Below, in pieces: positions 48,442 through 57,691 of a DNA stretch of 64,000 nucleotides; positions within the stretch are counted from its first letter, which is position 1, and every line of letters starts with the position of its first letter. This stretch comes from an uncultured Actinomycetes bacterium (GTDB taxonomy: Bacteria > Actinomycetota > Thermoleophilia > Gaiellales > Gaiellaceae). Position numbers and translations under genes: made by a program. The stretch is from assembly GCA_963698935.1 (NCBI GenBank), contig CAVOSU010000024.1, forward strand, positions 42,952 through 106,951, read 5' to 3'. The notes beneath the pieces are model-generated. The model searched no databases. It saw nothing but the letters and a program-made list of their open reading frames with translations, and was not told where the DNA came from.

Positions 48442-49254
48442 GTGTCCCCCGGCGTGGCACGGATCGCCGTCGCCGCGACCGCGCCGTTCGGCGCGGACGT
48501 GCTCGAGCGGCTCGCCGCGCGCCACGACGTCTCGGCGCTGCTCACGAGGCCCGACGCACGGGCCGGGCGGGGACGGCGGATCGCGGCACCCCCGGCCAAG
48601 CTCGTCGCGGAGCGCCTCGGGATCCGAGTCCTCCAGCCGGAGCGGCCGCGGGCCGGGCTCGACCTCGGTGCACCGACCGTGGTCGTCTGCGCGTACGGGC
48701 TCCTCGTTCCGGAGGAGCTGCTCGCGGAGCGCTCGTGGCTCAACGTCCATCCTTCGCTCCTGCCGCGCTGGCGGGGCGCCGCGCCGGTGGAGCGCGCGAT
48801 CATGGTTGGCGACGCAGAGACCGGCGTCACGATCCACGAGACGGTGGCGGCGCTCGATGCGGGACCGGTCGCGGCGCAGGAGGCGTTCTCCATCGGCGCC
48901 GAGGACGACGCCGGCGCGGTGTTCGCGCGAGCGGCCGAGGTCGCCGCCCGGCTGCTCGACGACGTGCTCGGGGATCCGTCCCCGACGTTCACCCCGCAGG
49001 CGGGGGAGGCCACGTACGCCGAGAAGATCCGCCCGGAGGACCGCACGCTCGATCCCGGGCGGCCCGCCGAGGAGCTCGTGCGGATCGTCCGGGCTCTCAG
49101 CCCGCACATCGGCGCCCGCGCAGAGCTCGAGGGGCGCCCCGTGACGGTGTGGCGGGCGCGCGTCGCCGACGACGGCTCCTTCGAGGCGCTCGAGGTGCAG
49201 CCGGACGGCGGCCGCCGGATGTCCGCGGACGCGTGGCGCCGCGGCCTCCGGTGA
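48442..49254 (+). CDS. fmt: methionyl-tRNA formyltransferase
   Basis: NVHPSLLPRWRGAAPVERAI...TGVTIH; sits in the def-fmt-rsmB order. Confidence 0.9.
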   Translation: MSPGVARIAVAATAPFGADVLERLAARHDVSALLTRPDARAGRGRRIAAPPAKLVAERLGIRVLQPERPRAGLDLGAPTVVVCAYGLLVPEELLAERSWLNVHPSLLPRWRGAAPVERAIMVGDAETGVTIHETVAALDAGPVAAQEAFSIGAEDDAGAVFARAAEVAARLLDDVLGDPSPTFTPQAGEATYAEKIRPEDRTLDPGRPAEELVRIVRALSPHIGARAELEGRPVTVWRARVADDGSFEALEVQPDGGRRMSADAWRRGLR

Positions 49255-50505
49255 GCGAGATCGCGCCGGCGCGGATCGTCGCGTTCAGGGTCCTGCGACG
49301 CGTGTTCGAGGACGACGCATACGCCGACCGTGCGCTCCGCTCCGAGTCGAAGGGCCTCGACGACCGCGACCGAGCCCTCGCGCGGCGTCTCGCCTACGGG
49401 GCGGTCCAGCGGAGCCGGACGCTCGACCACGCGATCGAGACGCTGGGCCGCCGGCCCGTCCGCAAGCTCGACCCGCCGGTCGTCGCGGCATTGCGGCTCG
49501 GCGCGTACCAGGTCGCGTTCATGGACGGCGTGCCGCGGTACGCAGCGGTGAACGAGTCGGTCGAGCTCGTCCGGCGCGCGGGCCTCGAGCGGGCCGTCTC
49601 CTTCACGAACGCGGTCATGCGCCGCATCGCCGAGGGCGCTCGGGCGCTGTGCGAGGCGCTGCCCGACCGAACCCCGGCCGAGTCAGCGCTCCGCCACTCG
49701 TATCCGGACTGGATCGCGGAGACCTGGTGGACGGCCCTCGGGCCGGATGAGGCGCGGTCGTTGATGGAGGCGCAGAACGACGAGCCCGAGACCGCCGTGA
49801 GGCTCGTCCGGGGGGCGATCGACGGTCGCCCGGATCCCGCGATCCCGGGCGCCTGGGTCGTCGACCGGGTCGACGAGCAGGCGCTCGCCGAGGGGCGGAT
49901 CTGGCCGCAGAGCAGGGCATCCCAGCTCGTCGGGCTCGCCGTCGGGTCGCAGTCGCGTGAGCGGACGCTCGACCTCTGTGCCGCGCCGGGAGGCAAGGCG
50001 ACCATGCTCGCGGGCGAGGTCGACGCGGTCGAGGTCGACGAGGCGCGCGCCGAAGCGCTCCGCAAGACTGCGGAGCGGCTGGACGCGCGCGGCGTCCGCG
50101 TGATTCGCGCCGACGGCCGGCGGCTGCCGTCAGAGCTCGCGGGCTACGACCGCGCGCTGGTCGACGCGCCCTGCTCGGGGCTCGGCGTGCTCGCCGCCCG
50201 TCCCGATCTTCGCTGGCGGGCGACGTCGCTGCCCGAGCTGCAGAAGGACCTGCTCCGCGCGGCGGTCGAGCGGACACGCCCCGGAGGGACCGTCGTCTAC
50301 TCGACGTGCACGATCAACGCCGCGGAATCCGAGGACGTCGTCGACGCCGTCGTCGTGGACGGCACGGTGACGGTCGGACCTATCCCTCGGTAACGACTGG
50401 CCGAGGTATCGGCACCGCGCACGACCGGAGTTCCTGCAGACGCTGCCGCACCTCCACGGGACGAGCGGCTTCTTCGTCGCGCGCCTGACGGTTCTCCGAG
50501 CCTGA
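49251..50505 (+). CDS. rsmB: 16S rRNA m5C methyltransferase RsmB/Sun; C-terminal 43 codons are in the +1 frame (extra G at 50376-50377)
   Basis: NusB-like N-terminus, then DLCAAPGGKAT...DAPCSGLGV...YSTCT. The track ORF stops at 50393. The conserved tail ...FLQTLPHLHGTSGFFVARL ends at TGA 50503-50505 in the next frame. Confidence 0.85.
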
Positions 50506-52038
50506 TCAGTCGGCCAAGCGGTGGACGTAGTGCCTTTTCAGGCGAATGTCCGCGCCCGCGAACGGCCCGGTGCCGTGCGCGTGCCACTCGAGCGTCGGCC
50601 GCGCCTCCACCGGCATGAACCGCTGCGCCTCGCGGTAGTCCTGGTTCAGCTCGGCGAGGCGCCCGAGCACGCGCTGCCGAAGCTCCTCGGCGTCGGCCGC
50701 CGGCGTGGTCTTGCCCGCGCGGAGCTCGAAGGCGAGCGCGAGCCGCTTGTTCGCTCGCTCGTCCTCCGTGACCACGAGCGCGAACGAATCCACCGTCTCC
50801 TGGAGCTCGGCCACCGAGAAGACGACGTCCTGCACGTTCCCGGGAGTGACCTTGCAGCCGTAGTACGCGACTGCGTCGTCCGCCCGCCCGTAGAGGAAGA
50901 GGAACGGGAGGTCCGAGCTTCTCGGGGCAAGGTCCTCGAGCCTGACGCTTTCCTCGTGGAGGATCGCCCGGAGCTCGGGATGCCGCACTATGTGGCCGAG
51001 ATCGCGAATGTTGTAGCGGATCTTCGGCGCCGCGTTCCGCGTGCGGCAGAGCGTCACGACGAGCTCGCCGACGTCGTTCGTCTCGACGTAGTAGTCGATC
51101 GGGTTGTACTGGAAGACCATCGGCAGATCGGTGCTCTCGACCCGGCGCAGCCGCCGGCGCAGCTCGGGGCGCTCCACGAGGAGGCGCCGCACCGCGATCG
51201 AGAGGTCGCTCTCCGCGGCGAGGTTGATCTCGAGGTCGGAGGCGCCGTACGAGCCGTACACCCGCCGGAAGGAGCGGAGGAGGTAGCTCCGCATGCCTTC
51301 GCTCATCCCTTCGCCGCCGAACACGGCAGTGACGTCGTACTGCGCCCAGTCGATGTCGGCCGTGTCGACGAAGCTCTTCAGGAACGGCGGGTAGCCGGCG
51401 ATCAGGTACCGGTAACGGGGGCCGAAGAGCGCGAGCGTGCTCTGGAGCTTCCCGATGTCGGGCCCGACGGACTTGAGGATCGCGATGTCGACGACCGACA
51501 TCGAGACGTTCATCCCGGTCGCCCACGGTCCGAGCGCGAAGGCGTTCAGGACGAACAGCGGCTCGCGGCCGAACTGGTGGTGGAGCGCGACCTGCATCGC
51601 CTGCTTCACCTGCTTCAGCTCGTCGGGGCCGCGCACCCAGTTCCACGGCGTGCCGCTCGTCCCCGACGACTCGTCGACCACGACGCCCGCCGGTGGGATC
51701 GCGCCGCCGCGGCAGCGCTCCTCGATCGAGAACCGCCCGACGTAGTTCTGCTTGTCGGTCACGGGCAGGATGCCGATGTCCGGGTCGAGGCCGCGTGCCC
51801 GGACCCTCGGGTCGCCGTGCTCGTCGAGCAGGGTGCGGTACGCGGGGACCTGCTTGCGGGCCCGCTCCGCGGCGACCCACGCGTGCCACTTCCCGAAGCG
51901 CCAGCGCACCGCCTCGAAGCCCGGGAGGAAGAGGAGCTTGTACGTCGTCTCCGACGAGGTTGCGAGCCGCCGCACGGCGCCGGCGACACGCACGATGCCG
52001 AAGACGAGCCAGCGTCGGACGGCCTGGTCAGGCGACAA
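50506..52038 (-). CDS. PaaK / coenzyme F390 synthetase-like adenylate-forming enzyme (COG1541-like)
   Basis: The DESSGTSGTPWNW adenylation motif lies about 130 aa from the N-terminus; 510 aa. Confidence 0.7.
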   Translation of the reverse strand: MSPDQAVRRWLVFGIVRVAGAVRRLATSSETTYKLLFLPGFEAVRWRFGKWHAWVAAERARKQVPAYRTLLDEHGDPRVRARGLDPDIGILPVTDKQNYVGRFSIEERCRGGAIPPAGVVVDESSGTSGTPWNWVRGPDELKQVKQAMQVALHHQFGREPLFVLNAFALGPWATGMNVSMSVVDIAILKSVGPDIGKLQSTLALFGPRYRYLIAGYPPFLKSFVDTADIDWAQYDVTAVFGGEGMSEGMRSYLLRSFRRVYGSYGASDLEINLAAESDLSIAVRRLLVERPELRRRLRRVESTDLPMVFQYNPIDYYVETNDVGELVVTLCRTRNAAPKIRYNIRDLGHIVRHPELRAILHEESVRLEDLAPRSSDLPFLFLYGRADDAVAYYGCKVTPGNVQDVVFSVAELQETVDSFALVVTEDERANKRLALAFELRAGKTTPAADAEELRQRVLGRLAELNQDYREAQRFMPVEARPTLEWHAHGTGPFAGADIRLKRHYVHRLAD

Positions 52039-53023
52039 GGTCGTCGACCTCCCGCCGGTGGCTTCGAGGCGGCTCGGCGGAGCGGCCCAGCCGCATGATC
52101 AGCCACAGCGTCCCCTCGCCGGGCTCGATCCTCGCCTGGAGCCGCGCGTTCGCCGTCGGATTCGTCACGACGGAGCCGAAGGGGTGGAGCCTGACGCCCT
52201 CGCGGGTCATCGTCAGCCAGAGGCGCATGAGCAGCCGGCCTGCCGCAAGGCCGTCCTCGAACGTCTCGAACGGCCCGCGGAGCCACGCGATCGTACGGGT
52301 CCCCCGCGTCGTGCGTCCGTACAGCCAGTGCGCCCCTTGGTGGATGCCGGGCAGCTCGAGGAGCGCGTGCCGCCGGAAGAAGAGGCGCAGCACCCAGCCC
52401 GGGAACCCGAGCGCCTCCGGAGAGAACCCGTCTCGGCGTCGGGCTGCCTCGGCGCTCGAGAACCGCAGCCAGCGGCCGACCTCGGCACGCGCGATCGGAT
52501 CCGCCATGTCGAGGAACAGCGTCTCGCGGTTGAGCTCCACGATCCAGCGGACGAGCTCGGGATCGGTGCTCGCCTGCCACGTGTGGCCTGCGGCAGCGGA
52601 GAGGGCCGAGAGCTCGTCGAGCAGCGACCTCTCGACCGCCGAGCTGTCGAAGGGCAGCCGCGACGTCCGCCGCTCGCGGAGCAGTGCGCGCTCGTCGGTG
52701 TGCTCGTCAGCCGGGCCGAGCGAGAGGACGACGACCGCGTCCTTGTCGCCCGGCACGCGGCCGGTCGACGTCGCAGTGAGGGCGAGCCGACGCGTGCGGG
52801 CCGCCACCGCGAGCCCTTCCACCAGGCATCCGATCCCGCTCCCGGTAAAGCGTCCGCCGGGGTCGGTGTCCGGGAGAAGTCGGTCGGTGGGGATCGAGAC
52901 CTCGGCCGTCCCGTCGTCGGAACAGCGCAGGAGCCACGGCTGAACGTTGTGAGGGGACGGTGCCCAGCGCGCGTCCTCGAGGAGCTCGCGCCAGAGTGCT
53001 CGGCGGTCGGGCGACCCGTTCAC
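52028..53023 (-). CDS. nitroreductase-fold protein, Acg-family-like (two-lobed, ~330 aa)
   Basis: ARWAPSPHNVQPW motif. Start at GTG 53023, preceded by GATACT plus 8 nt. The 11-nt overlap with 50506-52038 implies one operon. Confidence 0.7.
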   Translation of the reverse strand: MNGSPDRRALWRELLEDARWAPSPHNVQPWLLRCSDDGTAEVSIPTDRLLPDTDPGGRFTGSGIGCLVEGLAVAARTRRLALTATSTGRVPGDKDAVVVLSLGPADEHTDERALLRERRTSRLPFDSSAVERSLLDELSALSAAAGHTWQASTDPELVRWIVELNRETLFLDMADPIARAEVGRWLRFSSAEAARRRDGFSPEALGFPGWVLRLFFRRHALLELPGIHQGAHWLYGRTTRGTRTIAWLRGPFETFEDGLAAGRLLMRLWLTMTREGVRLHPFGSVVTNPTANARLQARIEPGEGTLWLIMRLGRSAEPPRSHRREVDDLVA

Positions 53024-53061
53024 GCGCCGCGAGTATCCCCGACCGCCCGGTCGGCGGCTCG

Positions 53062-53067
53062 TAGGAT
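53062..53067 (+). promoter_or_regulatory. -10 box, leaderless rpe (head of the rpe-rib operon)
   Basis: TAGGAT, 6 nt, ATG 53074. Confidence 0.5.
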
Positions 53068-53073
53068 CCACGC

Positions 53074-53754
53074 ATGGGCTGGACGGAATGGATCCGCGAC
53101 GGCGTGGAGGTGGAGCCGTCGCTCTATGCGGCCGACTTCCGCCGGCTCGGCGAACAGGTCGACGCGCTGCTGGCAGCGGGGTGCCGCATCTTCCACTTCG
53201 ACTGCGGCGACGGGCACTTCGTCCCACCGGTGACGATGGGGCCGGTAGTGCTCCGCTCGATCGCGCGCGGAATCCACGAGGCGGGGGGCCGGCTCGACTG
53301 CCACCTCATGGTCGACGACCCGGCCCACCACATCGAGGAGTTCGCCTCGTCCGGTGCCGACTCGATCACGTTCCACGTCGAGGTGCCGTCCGACGCGGCC
53401 CGTGTCGCGGAGCAGGCGCGCGCGCACGGCCTCGGGGTGGGGATCGCGTTCAACCCGGAGACGACGCCTGCGCGCGCAGCCGAGGTCGCGGGCGAGGCGG
53501 CGGCGGACATCGTCCTCTGCATGAGCATCCATCCCGGTTACAGCGGCCAGTCGTTCATGCCGGAGGCGTTCGGCCGGATCGAGGCACTCGCGACGCTCGT
53601 CGAGGTCCCGATCCAGGTCGACGGCGGCGTCGGGGAGGCGAACGTCCGCGCGCTGCGCGACGCGGGGGCGTCGCTCCTGGTCACGGGCAGTTCCGTCTTC
53701 TCCGCCCCGGACCCGGCCGAGGCGTACGCACGGCTCGCAGCGGCAGCGGCGTGA
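53074..53754 (+). CDS. rpe: ribulose-phosphate 3-epimerase
   Basis: PSLYAADF...HFDCGDGHFVP...DCHLMV...SIHPGYSGQSF...VDGG. Confidence 0.95.
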   Translation: MGWTEWIRDGVEVEPSLYAADFRRLGEQVDALLAAGCRIFHFDCGDGHFVPPVTMGPVVLRSIARGIHEAGGRLDCHLMVDDPAHHIEEFASSGADSITFHVEVPSDAARVAEQARAHGLGVGIAFNPETTPARAAEVAGEAAADIVLCMSIHPGYSGQSFMPEAFGRIEALATLVEVPIQVDGGVGEANVRALRDAGASLLVTGSSVFSAPDPAEAYARLAAAAA

Positions 53755-54692
53755 GCCTCGAGCGCGCCCTCGAGCTCGCGGCCGCGCACGCCGGCCGCGG
53801 ATACCCGAACCCGACGGTCGGCGCCGTCGTCGTCGCGCGGGACGGTGCGGTGGTCGGCGAGGGCGTCAGCGAGCCTGCCGGTGGGCCGCACGCGGAGTCG
53901 ATCGCGCTCGACGCCGCGGGCGAGGCGGCCCGCGGCGGGGCGATCTTCGTGACCATGGAGCCCTGTGCCCACCACGGGCGCACCCCGCCGTGCGTCGACC
54001 GGATCCTGGATGCGGGGATCGCGCGGGTGGTCGCCGGCTGCGCGGATCCGAACGACGAGGCGCGGGGCGGGGCTGAGCGCCTTCGGGCGGCGGGCATCGA
54101 CATCGAACTCCTCGACCTGCCCGAGGCCCGGCGTCAGAACGAGACCTGGCGGACGTGGGTGACCGACCGGCGGCCGTACGTGATCCTCAAGCTCGCCGTG
54201 TCGCTCGACGGTCGGGTCGCGGTGCCCGGCCGGCGCTGGGTGACGGGCGACGAGTCCCGACGGCGCGTCCACGAGCTTCGCGCGGCCGTCGACGCCGTCG
54301 CGGTCGGGATGGGCACGGTCCGCGCCGATGCGCCCCGCCTGGACGTGCGCGACGCGCCCGTCGTGCGGCAGCCCCGACGGCTCGCGTTCGGCGGCGGACC
54401 GCTCCCGGACGGCTCCGGGCTCGAGCTCCGCAACGGGCCGCTCCGCGACGAGCTCGCCGCGCTCGCCGCGGAGGGCGTCCAGTCGCTCCTTCTCGAGGGC
54501 GGCCCCAGGCTCGCCACGTCGTTCCTCGCGGCGGGGCTCGTCGATCGGCTGCTCGTGTTCGTCGCGCCGGTCGTCGCGGGAGAGGGACCGCCGATGACGG
54601 GGCCGCTGACGGAACCGCTCGACCTCGGCGAGCCCGAGCTCGAGCGGGTCGGCGCGGACGTCCTGCTCGGCTGGCGGTTGCGCGAGGCCTAG
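53751..54692 (+). CDS. ribD: bifunctional riboflavin biosynthesis deaminase/reductase
   Basis: GTGA overlap with rpe. Deaminase site HAESIAL...TMEPCAHHGRTPPC; reductase part ILKLAVSLDG. Confidence 0.9.
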   Translation: MSLERALELAAAHAGRGYPNPTVGAVVVARDGAVVGEGVSEPAGGPHAESIALDAAGEAARGGAIFVTMEPCAHHGRTPPCVDRILDAGIARVVAGCADPNDEARGGAERLRAAGIDIELLDLPEARRQNETWRTWVTDRRPYVILKLAVSLDGRVAVPGRRWVTGDESRRRVHELRAAVDAVAVGMGTVRADAPRLDVRDAPVVRQPRRLAFGGGPLPDGSGLELRNGPLRDELAALAAEGVQSLLLEGGPRLATSFLAAGLVDRLLVFVAPVVAGEGPPMTGPLTEPLDLGEPELERVGADVLLGWRLREA

Positions 54693-54697
54693 ATCGG

Positions 54698-54703
54698 TAG
54701 CCT
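54698..54703 (+). promoter_or_regulatory. -10-like box before ribE
   Basis: TAGCCT, 7 nt, GTG 54711. Confidence 0.3.
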
Positions 54704-54710
54704 CGGTCCG

Positions 54711-55301
54711 GTGTTCACGGGGATCGTGCGCGAGGTCGGTCGCGTCGTCGGCGTCGAGGGCGACGACGACGGGCTGGCCGTGCGAGTCGAGGCGCCGCAC
54801 ACGGCGACCGGGCTCGCGGTCGGGGATTCGGTCTCTGTCGCAGGCGTGTGCCTCACGGCCGAGGGCGTCGCCGACGGGGCGATCCGGTTCCACGCGGTTC
54901 CCGAAACCCTCGCGCGCACGACGCTCGCCCGTCTCGGCCCCGGCGACAGGGTGAACGTCGAGCCGGCGCTGCGGGCGGGTGAGCCGCTCGGCGGCCACAT
55001 CGTTCAGGGCCATGTCGACGACCTCGGCACCGTCACATCGCTCGAAGACGAGGGGGACGGAGCGCGGCTCACGATCGGCGCCGCGGAGAGCATCCTGAGG
55101 TACTGCGTCGAGAAGGGCTCGATCACGGTCGACGGGGTCTCGCTCACGGTCGCGGGCCTCGACGGCGACACGTTCTCGATCGCACTCGTCCCGCACACGC
55201 TCGAGGCCACCACGCTCGGCGCGCTCGAGCCCGGGACACCCGTGAACCTCGAGGTCGACGTCCTCGCGAAGTACGTCGAAAGGCTGCTGGAGCGCCGGTG
55301 A
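54711..55301 (+). CDS. ribE: riboflavin synthase alpha chain
   Basis: [10 protein letters not shown]...[12 protein letters not shown]...[12 protein letters not shown] shows the internal duplication. Confidence 0.95.
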   Translation: MFTGIVREVGRVVGVEGDDDGLAVRVEAPHTATGLAVGDSVSVAGVCLTAEGVADGAIRFHAVPETLARTTLARLGPGDRVNVEPALRAGEPLGGHIVQGHVDDLGTVTSLEDEGDGARLTIGAAESILRYCVEKGSITVDGVSLTVAGLDGDTFSIALVPHTLEATTLGALEPGTPVNLEVDVLAKYVERLLERR

Positions 55302-56590
55302 ACGGGGCTACGATGGGCCGGGTGAGCACGACCACGAAGCCCGAGACGAGCCCGTTCGCCTCGATCGAGGAGGCGATCGAGGAGATCCGTGCGGGGCGAT
55401 TCGTCGTCGTCGCCGACGACGTAGAGCGCGAGAACGAGGGCGACCTGACGATCGCGGCGCAGTTCGTGACGCCCGACGCCGTGAACTTCATGGCGACGCA
55501 TGGACGTGGGCTGGTCTGCCTCTGTCTCACGCCCGAGCGCTGCGAGGAGCTCGGCCTCCGCCAGATGACCGACCAGAACGAGGCGCAGTTCGGGACCGCG
55601 TTCACGGTCTCGATCGAGGCGCGCGACGGGGTTTCGACGGGGATCTCGGCCGCCGACCGCGCGCGGACGATCCAGGTCGCCGTCGATCCGACGTCGACGC
55701 CTCACGACCTCGTCCACCCTGGCCACATCTTCCCGCTCCGCGCGCGAGCCGGCGGCGTGCTGAAGCGCTCGGGCCAGACGGAGGCGGCCGTCGACCTCGC
55801 GCGCCTGGCGGGACTCGCGCCGGCCGGCGTCGTCTGCGAGATCATGAAGGACGACGGGACGATGGCCCGCGTCCCCGACCTCGTCGAGTTCTGCGAGCGT
55901 CACGGCCTCAAGCTCGTCACCGTCGCCGACTTGATCGAGTACCGGCGACGCACAGAGAAGCTCGTCGAGCGCATCGTCTCGGTGCGGCTCCCGACCGACT
56001 ACGGCGAATTCCAGGCGGTCGCGTACCGGGAGACGCTGACCGGGAAGCAGCACGTGGCGCTCGTCAAGGGCGACGTCGAGGGGAAGGAGGACATCCTCGT
56101 CCGTGTCCACTCGGAGTGCCTGACCGGCGACGTCTTCCACTCGCGGCGCTGCGACTGCGGCGAGCAGCTCGAGCAGGCGCTCGCGCGGATCGAGCAGGAC
56201 GGCGAGGGGGTGATCCTCTACCTCGCGCAGGAAGGTCGCGGCATCGGCCTGCTCAACAAGCTGCGCGCGTACGAGCTCCAGGAGCAGGGTCTGGACACCG
56301 TCGAGGCGAACATCGAGCTCGGCTTCAAGGCCGATGCGCGCGAGTACGGGATCGGGTCGCAGATCCTCGCCGACCTCGGCCTCACCACGATCCGCGTGCT
56401 GACGAACAACCCGAAGAAGATCTCCGGCATCAGCGGGTTCGGGCTCGAGGTCGTCTCGCAGGAGCCTCTCGAGGTCGAGCCGAACGACGAGAACCGCGAG
56501 TATCTCGAGACGAAGCGCGACAAGCTGGGGCACACGATCGGCCGCAAGCTCCACCACCAGGGCGAGCGTTACGGCCACGACGATTCCTGA
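55298..56590 (+). CDS. ribBA: bifunctional 3,4-dihydroxy-2-butanone-4-phosphate synthase / GTP cyclohydrolase II
   Basis: RENEGDL...[10 protein letters not shown], and CDCGEQL...[11 protein letters not shown]. Confidence 0.95.
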   Translation: MNGATMGRVSTTTKPETSPFASIEEAIEEIRAGRFVVVADDVERENEGDLTIAAQFVTPDAVNFMATHGRGLVCLCLTPERCEELGLRQMTDQNEAQFGTAFTVSIEARDGVSTGISAADRARTIQVAVDPTSTPHDLVHPGHIFPLRARAGGVLKRSGQTEAAVDLARLAGLAPAGVVCEIMKDDGTMARVPDLVEFCERHGLKLVTVADLIEYRRRTEKLVERIVSVRLPTDYGEFQAVAYRETLTGKQHVALVKGDVEGKEDILVRVHSECLTGDVFHSRRCDCGEQLEQALARIEQDGEGVILYLAQEGRGIGLLNKLRAYELQEQGLDTVEANIELGFKADAREYGIGSQILADLGLTTIRVLTNNPKKISGISGFGLEVVSQEPLEVEPNDENREYLETKRDKLGHTIGRKLHHQGERYGHDDS

Positions 56591-56601
56591 GGACGGTGGC
56601 G

Positions 56602-57579
56602 ATGAACCCGAGCGACGAGCCTGACGAGCGGGACGACGAGCAGCGCGGCTGGGCGGGCGAGGAGCTGGAGCGCGCGAGCGAGAACGTCCTCGGCGGGTGG
56701 CCGAGCGCGCAGCTCGAGGACCCACCACCCCATGGTCCCGGCCCCGTCACGGCGTTCGACAGCGACAAAGCTGCGGTCGACGAGCCGGGCCCGGTCGCGC
56801 CTCCCGAGCCTGAGCCGGACGCGGAGGCTGCTCCTGCCGCCGACGGCGACGACCCGTCCCCCGAGGCCATCCGCGTCGAGGAGCCGAGCGAGGTGAGCGC
56901 GCCACTGGTGGAGGCGACGGGCGAGCACGCCCCGGGCGAGCTCACGGTTCCGCCCGGCTACGCGGTCCTCGAAGGCGAAGCCCACGGCGCACGTCGCGCG
57001 GTCGGGATCGTCGTCAGCCGCTTCAACGGCGAGATCACGGGCGGCCTGCTCGAGTCCGCGCTCCGAGAGCTCGAGGACCTCGGCGTGGAGCGCGACTCGA
57101 TCACCGTCATGCCGGTCCCCGGTGCGTTCGAGCTGCCCCTCGCCGCGATGGCGCTCGCCAAGACCCGTCGATTCGCCTGCGTCGTCGCGCTCGGCTGCGT
57201 GATCCGCGGCGACACGCCGCATTTCGACTACGTCGCGAGCGAGGCGGCCTCCGGCCTCCAGCTCGCCGCGATCGAGACGGGCGTCCCGGTCTCCTTTGGC
57301 GTGCTCACGCTCGACCGGCCCGACCAGGCAGCCCCGCGCCTCGAGAAGGGCGCGGAGGCTGTCCGCACCGCCCTCGAGATGGCCGACCTCTTCGCGAACC
57401 TCCGCGCGCCGCCGCCGCGAGGTAGGGACGAGGCGTTCGGCAGGCCGCTGCTGACCGGATCGTCGGCCGCATGTCCAGGGTCTGCGTCATCTGCGGGAAG
57501 AAGCCCAAGGCGGGGAACTCCCGCTCGCACTCGATGGTCGCCACGAAGCGGCGTTTCGAGCCGAACCTGCAGCGCGTGA
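56602..57579 (+). CDS. ribH: 6,7-dimethyl-8-ribityllumazine synthase with ~125-aa acidic/Pro-rich N-terminal extension; 3' end doubtful
   Basis: Core [19 protein letters not shown]...VPGAFELP...[14 protein letters not shown]...ALEMADL. The observed ORF runs 60 codons past the core and overlaps rpmB by 109 nt. A 1-nt correction near 57403-57420 would end it at TAG 57423-57425. Confidence 0.8.
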   Translation: MNPSDEPDERDDEQRGWAGEELERASENVLGGWPSAQLEDPPPHGPGPVTAFDSDKAAVDEPGPVAPPEPEPDAEAAPAADGDDPSPEAIRVEEPSEVSAPLVEATGEHAPGELTVPPGYAVLEGEAHGARRAVGIVVSRFNGEITGGLLESALRELEDLGVERDSITVMPVPGAFELPLAAMALAKTRRFACVVALGCVIRGDTPHFDYVASEAASGLQLAAIETGVPVSFGVLTLDRPDQAAPRLEKGAEAVRTALEMADLFANLRAPPPRGRDEAFGRPLLTGSSAACPGSASSAGRSPRRGTPARTRWSPRSGVSSRTCSA

Positions 57580-57662
57580 GACTCGTGCTCGACGGCAAGC
57601 CGACCCGCGACTACGTTTGCACCCGCTGCCTCAAGGCGGGCAAGGTCACGAAGGCCGTCTGA
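57471..57662 (+). CDS. rpmB: 50S ribosomal protein L28
   Basis: [34 protein letters not shown]; 63 aa. Confidence 0.95.
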   Translation: MSRVCVICGKKPKAGNSRSHSMVATKRRFEPNLQRVRLVLDGKPTRDYVCTRCLKAGKVTKAV

Positions 57663-57691
57663 CGCGCCCGGCCGCGGCGCGCACCGCCGCG

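Noticed and set aside
53024-53073. FMN riboswitch (RFN element) ahead of the riboflavin operon
   Set aside because: ribD overlaps rpe by 4 nt, and the only upstream spacer is 50 nt holding a leaderless promoter. There is no room and no RFN-like conserved core.
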